A stretch of DNA of 20,000 bases from an uncultured virus (IMG/VR IMGVR_UViG_3300032320_000771) (taxonomy: Duplodnaviria > Heunggongvirae > Uroviricota > Caudoviricetes): IMG/VR virus record IMGVR_UViG_3300032320_000771; one strand, given 5' to 3'. Position 1 is the stretch's first letter, and every line of letters starts with the position of its first letter. The notes under the pieces were generated by a model. It saw only the letters and a list, made by a program, of their open reading frames with translations, did no database searches and was not told where the DNA came from. Positions 7,992-14,392 of the stretch are shown here, one piece after another. Position numbers and translations under genes: made by a program.

Positions 7992-8342
7992 TTATCTATT
8001 TTTAGCCATTTTTTTAAATGTTCTAGCAAGAGCTTTTCTTTTAGGAGTACAAGTAGGTTTACTCATTGGAGTACAGTATCCTTTATGTTTAGGGTTAACT
8101 GCTTTTTGAATCCACTTTTTATCAGTAGCCCCACCCTTTTTAGCTTTAAAAAGTGGTTCTTCCTTTAAAGGAGCTTCAATAATTGATGGTTTATTAACAC
8201 CTCTAAAGACACCTTTTATTGTTCTAGTCTCCTTAACTCTTGGAGCTTCATCATATCTTTTTTTAACCACTGTTTTGTAGTTACCATCTGGCGAGTAAAA
8301 TTTTTGTTTAGCCTCTTTTGGATTTTTAGGTTTTCCTGCCAT
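7992..8342 (-). CDS. Small Lys-rich hypothetical protein, 116 aa
   Basis: Same strand and tightly packed. Very basic, with AKKGG followed by a KWIQKA...KALARTFKKM module seen in small basic phage proteins. Confidence 0.75.
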   Translation of the reverse strand: MAGKPKNPKEAKQKFYSPDGNYKTVVKKRYDEAPRVKETRTIKGVFRGVNKPSIIEAPLKEEPLFKAKKGGATDKKWIQKAVNPKHKGYCTPMSKPTCTPKRKALARTFKKMAKNR

Positions 8343-8345
8343 GAC

Positions 8346-8390
8346 TTATTTTTTTACTACAACTTTTCCTTTATTTCTACAACTACACAT
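8346..8390 (-). CDS. Candidate 14-aa minigene MCSCRNKGKVVVKK (not in ORF track)
   Basis: Exactly fills the gap between 8397 and 8342 with 6-nt and 3-nt spacers. Start context AGTCATG is identical to the starts at 8342 and 10081. Basic/Cys composition matches the neighbours. Confidence 0.5.
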   Translation of the reverse strand: MCSCRNKGKVVVKK

Positions 8391-8396
8391 GACTAA

Positions 8397-8765
8397 TTAT
8401 TTTTTACCTTTTTTACGTGCATTTTTCTTAGCTCCAGCAATTCTGTCTGCTGCAGTTGCTTTATCATATGGAGGTGCTAAAGCAGCAAATTTCTTAACTG
8501 ATCCACCTGATTTATATTTGTCTCTATTACCACAACTTCCATCAGGCATTCTTACTAAACCACCTTTACAAACAGGAAGTGAAGATGCACCACCAACTTT
8601 CATAGAATATGGTCCAGTAGTACCACTATTTGCAAGACCATTTCTAGTAATAATGTCATTTAACATTTTACTTGTATTAGTCATACCACCAACACTCATC
8701 TTTTTTACTTTTTTAATAGGGCCTCCAGCTTTCATTTTACCACAACCCACTTTACAAGTTTTCAT
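8397..8765 (-). CDS. Small Lys-rich protein with repeated xxxGG motifs, 122 aa
   Basis: MKAGG, MSVGG, MKVGG, VCKGG and YKSGG repeats, plus a C-terminal AALAPPYDKATAAD module. Confidence 0.75.
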   Translation of the reverse strand: MKTCKVGCGKMKAGGPIKKVKKMSVGGMTNTSKMLNDIITRNGLANSGTTGPYSMKVGGASSLPVCKGGLVRMPDGSCGNRDKYKSGGSVKKFAALAPPYDKATAADRIAGAKKNARKKGKK

Positions 8766-8781
8766 AATCTATATATTAAAA

Positions 8782-9069
8782 TTAACAATTCCACTTTCTT
8801 AAAGACTTATTAATCCTTGAGTTAGGATCATTAGCTGTCTTTGAGCTTGTTAGTTTTTTCTTCATTCCTTCCATTCTAGAGCAAAAGCTTTTTCTTCTTT
8901 TAGCATCTTTACTTCCGGCTTTTAGTTTTGATGGTTTAGTAGTAACAGCTGTCTTAAGTTTACTTCCAGGATTAGCTGCTCTATAAGAAGCTACTCCCTT
9001 AGCATTAAGACCCCCTTCTGGATTCTTACCTTCTTTTCTTTGCCAGCTTGGACTCTTATACTTTGCCAT
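8782..9069 (-). CDS. Small basic phage protein (DUF6321-like), 95 aa; start moved from 9087 to 9069
   Basis: WQRKEGKNPEGGLNAKG...KRRKSFCSRM...SRINKSLRKWNC is a widespread phage family recalled as DUF6321 (unverified). ATG at 9069 lies 2 nt after the upstream stop and removes the overlap. Confidence 0.8.
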   Translation of the reverse strand: MAKYKSPSWQRKEGKNPEGGLNAKGVASYRAANPGSKLKTAVTTKPSKLKAGSKDAKRRKSFCSRMEGMKKKLTSSKTANDPNSRINKSLRKWNC

Positions 9070-9071
9070 CT

Positions 9072-9254
9072 TTATACTTTTACACAATTATTAACCACTT
9101 TACCATTTAGCATTTTAGTACCTTTCTTAGCATAACCAGGCCAACAATTTTTACTAGAACCTCCTGCTAAAGCTTTGGGTAAACTCTTAGGTTTCTTACC
9201 GGCTTTCTTCATAGAGATAGCTATTGCTGCTTGTTGTGCTTTACTTTTTGCCAT
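9072..9254 (-). CDS. Small basic protein with CWxGY...NCV motif, 60 aa
   Basis: CWPGYAKKGTKMLNGKVVNNCV resembles the CW(K/P)GY...GK.VPNCV micro-domain common in aquatic phage proteins. N-terminal QQAAIAISMKK module. Confidence 0.75.
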   Translation of the reverse strand: MAKSKAQQAAIAISMKKAGKKPKSLPKALAGGSSKNCWPGYAKKGTKMLNGKVVNNCVKV

Positions 9255-9501
9255 TCTTTTTATTTTTAGGATAAGGGTTGTCCTTATGCCATTTTTTTGT
9301 AGCAGCCACTCCTTGTTTAATAGTCTTAGCTCTACCTTTTGCAGTAAGATCTATTGTATCCCATTCACCTTTATCTTTAGTAGGATGATTAACCATTATA
9401 TTGCCAACCTTTCCTTCACCTTTTTTTGTAGTCTTTTTATAGACTACATGTTTTTCTCCACCGGCAGTAACTTTTACTTTCTTTGTTTTTGCCTTTCCCA
9501 T
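9241..9501 (-). CDS. Small Lys-rich hypothetical protein, 86 aa
   Basis: Operon packing (2 nt after upstream stop, 14-nt overlap with next gene) and basic composition. Confidence 0.7.
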   Translation of the reverse strand: MGKAKTKKVKVTAGGEKHVVYKKTTKKGEGKVGNIMVNHPTKDKGEWDTIDLTAKGRAKTIKQGVAATKKWHKDNPYPKNKKNGKK

Positions 9502-9503
9502 TA

Positions 9504-9740
9504 TTAAAACTTTTTACCAGAAGCAATACTATTAAACTCTTTTGCTTTTTCTGCAGCAAGTTTTTTAATATCTCCCATGAGCTTAGAATTCTTTTGAATA
9601 TCAGCAGCTCTTTGTAATGTGGACATAGCAGATTCAATTTCCCATTTTCTCATCTCTGCTTTGTTACCACCTAAAATAGAAATACCAACTGAAGAACTTT
9701 TCTTAGCTGGTGTTGATTTAGTTGTTTTTTTAATTGCCAT
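9504..9740 (-). CDS. Small basic helical hypothetical protein, 78 aa
   Basis: Operon packing. KWEIESAMSTLQRAADIQKNSKLM helical segment and histone-tail-like N-terminus (KKTTKSTPAKK). Confidence 0.72.
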   Translation of the reverse strand: MAIKKTTKSTPAKKSSSVGISILGGNKAEMRKWEIESAMSTLQRAADIQKNSKLMGDIKKLAAEKAKEFNSIASGKKF

Positions 9741-9742
9741 AA

Positions 9743-10081
9743 CTATGCTTTTTTAACTCTTCTTCCCATTCCTACTCTTGACTTCTCAGCTTTCTTAGCA
9801 GCTAGTTTAGAAGGAGATAATTCATATTTTGTTTTTGGTGTATCTTTAGATACTCTTTTTGTAGGCCGGCAGTATTCATTTTTACCACCGGCACCACAAG
9901 CTTTTCCTGATTTAGTATCTTGCCACTTTTCTGCTTGCCATCTTTTTAACTCTGTACCCTTCTCAGTCTTTCTAACTTGCCCTTTACCTTTACGGCATTT
10001 GGCAATGGCTTGAGAGGCTCTAGCAGAAGGAAACACAGCATACCGTGCTTTTACACTATGATAGCAAGAATCTTTAGGCAT
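9743..10081 (-). CDS. Small basic Cys-containing protein (DUF5872-like), 112 aa
   Basis: KDSCYHSVKARYAVFPSARAS..KCRK plus LKRW..EKW...CG...YCRPTKRVSKDTPKT, motifs recalled from a phage/giant-virus family (DUF5872, unverified). Confidence 0.78.
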   Translation of the reverse strand: MPKDSCYHSVKARYAVFPSARASQAIAKCRKGKGQVRKTEKGTELKRWQAEKWQDTKSGKACGAGGKNEYCRPTKRVSKDTPKTKYELSPSKLAAKKAEKSRVGMGRRVKKA

Positions 10082-10087
10082 GACTAT

Positions 10088-10297
10088 TTATTTTTTAGTA
10101 CCGCCTCTTTTCATCATGCCTGATTTCATAGACATTCCATTTTTAGCTTTTGGCTTAACAATAGCTTTAGGATTTGCACCAACTATAGTTCCTTTAGATC
10201 CAGGAGTTTTCAATGCAGAAACTTTTGCATTTGCATTAGTCATTCCTCCTGTCTTCATCATTGATTTGCCATACATGGCTTTACCCATCTTTTTCAT
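10088..10297 (-). CDS. Small Met/Lys/Gly-rich protein, 69 aa
   Basis: No acidic residues. MKTGG and MKRGG motifs. A-rich leader (TAAAATAAAATG). Confidence 0.72.
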   Translation of the reverse strand: MKKMGKAMYGKSMMKTGGMTNANAKVSALKTPGSKGTIVGANPKAIVKPKAKNGMSMKSGMMKRGGTKK

Positions 10298-10309
10298 TTT
10301 ATTTTAATT

Positions 10310-11335
10310 TTAAGTGTTCCAATATCTTTCACATGATGTAATTAGATCTTTAAGAATATCCTCATTTAAAGGATTCTTTAAATACTCAATTACATCTGAT
10401 ACATTTCTACCAAGTAAGCTATTTGACTTAGAATGATAAATATGACCATCTGCCTTACTAATAATATACTTAAAAAATACGGAATCTCTAACAACTGATT
10501 TAATTTTTAGTGTTTCCATATCCATATTTACTGCATCTAGGAAAGATTTGCATGCTCTTTCTTTGTTGCTTTCTCCACCTTCACCATTTATGTATACATC
10601 CATGTTTTCATACATTATATCATTTGGTGTAGATTTTCTATACTGTGTGCTATTGATATCTACTACTTTAGCAACATAGAATAGTTTTGTACTGTTTTTA
10701 TCATATAACTTCTGTAACTCAGAAAGTGCTTTGTTACGCATTTTCTTGTACTCAGTTCTAACCATTACAGTTTCTTCTTCTTTATCTAAATAAAACTTTG
10801 GCGGTTTAGATTTTGATCTTGCATCTTCATAGCTTTTTGCAACTATTGAAAAACCTCCAGCTTCAATTGCATATAATCTTACTCTATCAAAAGGATCTTT
10901 TGGATCTAGATATACTGGCTCATTACCACACTTTAAATCTATTTTATTCCAAAAGTCTTTGTTAGTTGGACTAAGCAATTTTACTTTATTCCAAAAGTCT
11001 TTATCATCAATGTCAATAACATTTGATGCTAATTCTCTTTCTAACTCAGCAACTGCTGTTCTGATTTCTCTAACCTTTGCTTCTTTTTGGTCTGCAGGTA
11101 ATAGTTTAATCTCAGGTGCAAATTCATTTAAACCTGTGATATATCTAATTACTCCATTAACTTCCAAACAAGCTAATTGTTCATGGTGCTTAACACCATC
11201 AAATAATACTTGATCATAAATTTCAAGCCCCATGTTTGAGGCATTCTTATCAAAGAACGGTCTAATAGCAATAGCTGTTTTTCTTGCGGTGGCAGCTTTA
11301 TTAATTTCCACCATTGTAAATTCTGAATTTTCCAT
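10310..11335 (-). CDS. Conserved post-MCP protein, crAssphage gene-75-like, 341 aa
   Basis: Immediately follows MCP. D..FW / YLDPKDPFD motifs and a C-terminal LGRNVSDVIEYLKNPLN resemble this conserved crAss-like family. Confidence 0.7.
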   Translation of the reverse strand: MENSEFTMVEINKAATARKTAIAIRPFFDKNASNMGLEIYDQVLFDGVKHHEQLACLEVNGVIRYITGLNEFAPEIKLLPADQKEAKVREIRTAVAELERELASNVIDIDDKDFWNKVKLLSPTNKDFWNKIDLKCGNEPVYLDPKDPFDRVRLYAIEAGGFSIVAKSYEDARSKSKPPKFYLDKEEETVMVRTEYKKMRNKALSELQKLYDKNSTKLFYVAKVVDINSTQYRKSTPNDIMYENMDVYINGEGGESNKERACKSFLDAVNMDMETLKIKSVVRDSVFFKYIISKADGHIYHSKSNSLLGRNVSDVIEYLKNPLNEDILKDLITSCERYWNT

Positions 11336-11337
11336 TT

Positions 11338-11349
11338 TTTGTTGGTTTT
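11338..11349 (-). promoter_or_regulatory. Leader element AAAACCAACAAA upstream of the gene-75-like start
   Basis: Lies at -14..-3 of the ATG at 11335. Recurs before the starts at 14304 and 4420. Confidence 0.5.
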
Positions 11350-11366
11350 AGTTTTTAAAAATAAGT

Positions 11367-11395
11367 AAAAAGAGGGAGCTGTTACCCTCCCTCTT
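11367..11395 (-). terminator. Intrinsic terminator after the major capsid gene
   Basis: Minus strand AAGAGGGAG-GGTAACAG-CTCCCTCTT-TTT: perfect 9-bp stem and T tract, 13 nt after the MCP stop. Confidence 0.85.
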
Positions 11396-11408
11396 ATACT
11401 TTGATCTA

Positions 11409-13025
11409 TTATAGAGAGCCTCCGGTAATTGGGTTTCTCATAACAATTTTCAAGACTTTAGTTGGGTCTTTTACCCAAATAGCTGGCATTGTTTGAGACA
11501 TCATCACACGGTACCCGTTGAATTGTCCAGAAGACTGGAACCCTTGAGTTCTTCCCATGTAGTCCATAGTACCATTTTGATACCACCACTTCAATTGGTT
11601 ATCCCAAGAAAGTTTCAACAAGAAGATGTTATCATTAGTGTTATCAGTGATATCAAAGATGATAAAGCTATAAGAAGATAATGGGAAACCATCAATGATT
11701 GGGTTCTCAATATCATTTGTATGAACATTGTCAAATGCTGGGTTAAGAACAAACTTAACATTTGCCAAGAACGGAATTACATATGAAGTATAAGCAAATC
11801 CAAAGTTCAAGTCCATACCTTTACCAGTGATAGCACCAATATCAGCAGCCTGAATTAATAAACCTGATGCGATAGCTTCTTGTCTAATGGCCTCATTAAC
11901 CATACGCATACCACCCATACCAGTTTGTACAACCAATGATCTTTTTGGATCTGGTCCTTGGAACTCAACCTTACCATTGAAGAAGTTATAGATTTCTCCA
12001 CGGAATAAATCAAGAGTAAAGTTATTCTTGTTGTATACTCTTTTGAACGCGTTGTTCAACTGTTGCCAAAGTCCAACAGATAATCTGATATCATCTGGAC
12101 CATCTTGCTTAACTCTACCTCCTTGTCCCCACATTAAGTAAGTCTCAATATCAGAAGCAATTTTAGTAAGGTGAGCTGCTTCCATTTGAGTTAAGAATGT
12201 TCTAGAAAGATCACCATTATCAAATGCTTTTTTAACTTTATCCTTACCTAAAACTTTTACCATATCTTCTAAAGATGTGATAGAAGGATCATTAGTAGCA
12301 CCAAAGTTTCTCCAGATCTCAGTTACAGGAACTGTACCATCTGCATTCATACCACCTTTGATCATTAAGTCAGCTCTTGAAGAAACTGAATAATGTACGT
12401 GAGCCTCAGCACCACCAACAAAGTTATAGTACTCACGGAATCCAGTTCTTGTAGTGATGTCAGAGAATCTTTCACCATACTCACCTCTTGCAGATCCTTT
12501 TCTGAAGAATCTTGTTCCGTTATTTAAATATGAATTATCTAAAAACTTAGTGTTGTCATTGTTCACAAGTTGAACAGTGTAGATGTAACCATCACCAATT
12601 GGAAGGATATCCTCATCTGTAATGTACATCTCAACCCCATTGTATTTGTCATAAGTGATGATATCACCATGTCCAAACTCTCTGCGGCTTAATTTAATTC
12701 TGAAGGTTGTTCCATCAATACCTTTGAAAGTATTAAGTGGTTCAATATCCTCAAGAATGTATGGAAGATCTGTAGAGACAGGAGTCTGCCACTTATACTC
12801 TCCACGAGCATTATCTACCATGATTACATTTTTACCCCCAAATGAAGACATTTGATAAAGGGGCATTTCTACTTTTTGAGACATAGCCCAAAGGTCAACT
12901 GGACCTAAATCCATAGGTTCAGCATCTTTAAGCATGTTCACCAAGTGGTAAGAATCCACATGGGAACTTGCATTGTAAGCGGTATCCCGGAGGAATATAC
13001 CATTGTTTAAAATTGGAGTTGCCAT
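11409..13025 (-). CDS. Major capsid protein (HK97-fold, crAss-like), 538 aa
   Basis: Size, position after portal and scaffold, and crAss-type MCP motifs (EYKW, YLMWGQG, GLWQQL, VVQTGMGG, FVLNPAFD, IWVKDPT). Followed by a strong terminator. Confidence 0.9.
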   Translation of the reverse strand: MATPILNNGIFLRDTAYNASSHVDSYHLVNMLKDAEPMDLGPVDLWAMSQKVEMPLYQMSSFGGKNVIMVDNARGEYKWQTPVSTDLPYILEDIEPLNTFKGIDGTTFRIKLSRREFGHGDIITYDKYNGVEMYITDEDILPIGDGYIYTVQLVNNDNTKFLDNSYLNNGTRFFRKGSARGEYGERFSDITTRTGFREYYNFVGGAEAHVHYSVSSRADLMIKGGMNADGTVPVTEIWRNFGATNDPSITSLEDMVKVLGKDKVKKAFDNGDLSRTFLTQMEAAHLTKIASDIETYLMWGQGGRVKQDGPDDIRLSVGLWQQLNNAFKRVYNKNNFTLDLFRGEIYNFFNGKVEFQGPDPKRSLVVQTGMGGMRMVNEAIRQEAIASGLLIQAADIGAITGKGMDLNFGFAYTSYVIPFLANVKFVLNPAFDNVHTNDIENPIIDGFPLSSYSFIIFDITDNTNDNIFLLKLSWDNQLKWWYQNGTMDYMGRTQGFQSSGQFNGYRVMMSQTMPAIWVKDPTKVLKIVMRNPITGGSL

Positions 13026-13053
13026 TTTTATATTTGTTTTATTTGTTACTTAA

Positions 13054-14304
13054 TTAAAATCTTTTAAATAGATTGTTTTTTGTTAATTTTTTAGGTTGTG
13101 GTGCAGCAGACGGTCTTCTTGGTTCATCATCATATTGATTGTTTCCAGATGATGCAAGTTTTCTAGACTGTTCAGTTTTTAATTGCTTAACTACTTTTTC
13201 AGTTGCTTGCTTACTACCTTGTTCTCTAACTCTGTTTTTATAACCATTTGGATCAGCAAGTAACCAAAGTGCTTCAGCAATAAGGTCATGTCTTGGCTCT
13301 ACAAACTGATACTTCTCTAACAAGTGTCCAAGTAGGTTTGTAGGTTTACCTGAGATAGATGGATAATTAGGTTGAACTAGTCCTGAGAACAATAAGCTTT
13401 GAATCTTCTTATCAAGTTTGATTCCACCTATGCTACCTGCAGATAATGTACCATATACATTTTCTTGATAAGCTTTAGCTTGTTCAGCTTGTAGTTTTTT
13501 TCTTTCTTCTTGTTCTTCTAACTGTTGCTGTACAATTTCAGCTTGCATTGCATCAAGCTTTGGTTTAAATTGATTTGCTTTTTGCTCAAGTCTATTTAAA
13601 TCTTTCCAGTCTTGGATCTCTTCCTCAATTTCTTCAGGTGTTCCAAACTGAGTAGCATGAAGGTATTGTCTTGCAATCTCTGCTTGATCATACTCATCTG
13701 ATGGGTCAAGCTGTCTCATTTCTTCTACATGAGCAAGAGTTCTAAACAATCCTTTAAGATCAGTACCACCATCAGCAACATATTTAGCTGCAACTTGAAG
13801 TTCTTCTGGAAGTGCTTCAAAAAATTCTCTTGGTGTATCTCTTCTAACTTGTTCTTCTCTCTCTTGGAAGTTTGCTTCAAATAGTTCACGGAAATCTTTT
13901 GTTGTATATTCTTCTAGTGGTTTATCATCTTCAAAAGGAATTAAAGTTCCCTCATCTATCATTTTAATAGCTAGATCATATAAACCTGACTTATCTACTT
14001 TAGGTCTTCCCTTATTACCTGCATCTTCTTCTTGTATGATAAGTTCATTAAGCTCATTGATTGCACTTTCAATCTCTTCTGGCTTAGACTCATCTTCACT
14101 TTTTTCAGAGTTAGATTTTTTGTCAAAGAACGATGTATCTACACTTTCTTTTGAAAACATAGATTTTGGTTTCTCTTCTTCTGCAGGTAGCATTACATTT
14201 TCTGCACCTGGCATTCCAAAGATTTCATCAATATTTACATCAACTTGTCCTACCGCTGTAGAATCTTCTACCTGATTATCAGGATTTTCAATGTGTTCAC
14301 TCAT
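13054..14304 (-). CDS. Acidic scaffold-like head assembly protein, crAssphage gene-77-like, 416 aa
   Basis: Very acidic, low-complexity N-terminus, coiled-coil middle and basic C-terminal tail. Lies between portal and MCP. Confidence 0.7.
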   Translation of the reverse strand: MSEHIENPDNQVEDSTAVGQVDVNIDEIFGMPGAENVMLPAEEEKPKSMFSKESVDTSFFDKKSNSEKSEDESKPEEIESAINELNELIIQEEDAGNKGRPKVDKSGLYDLAIKMIDEGTLIPFEDDKPLEEYTTKDFRELFEANFQEREEQVRRDTPREFFEALPEELQVAAKYVADGGTDLKGLFRTLAHVEEMRQLDPSDEYDQAEIARQYLHATQFGTPEEIEEEIQDWKDLNRLEQKANQFKPKLDAMQAEIVQQQLEEQEERKKLQAEQAKAYQENVYGTLSAGSIGGIKLDKKIQSLLFSGLVQPNYPSISGKPTNLLGHLLEKYQFVEPRHDLIAEALWLLADPNGYKNRVREQGSKQATEKVVKQLKTEQSRKLASSGNNQYDDEPRRPSAAPQPKKLTKNNLFKRF

Positions 14305-14319
14305 GTTGTTGGTTTTATG

Positions 14320-14338
14320 TTATACTTTAATATACAAA
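14320..14338 (-). promoter_or_regulatory. Putative phage promoter, copy 3 (GTATATTAAAGTATA)
   Basis: Shares TATATTA-w-A-r-TAT-A with copies 1 and 2. Located in the 88-bp gap upstream of the scaffold-MCP pair. Confidence 0.45.
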
Positions 14339-14392
14339 ATAAACTTCTAAAATTTAAAAACCAAGAAAAAAAAATTGCAATATATAGCTAAG

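Noticed and set aside
9070..9087. Track start at 9087 for the DUF6321-like gene
   Set aside because: It overlaps the upstream gene. The ATG at 9069 follows the upstream stop by 2 nt, matching local operon spacing.
9437..9637. 66-aa minus-strand alternative-frame ORF
   Set aside because: Overlaps two better-packed genes (9241-9501 and 9504-9740) in another frame.
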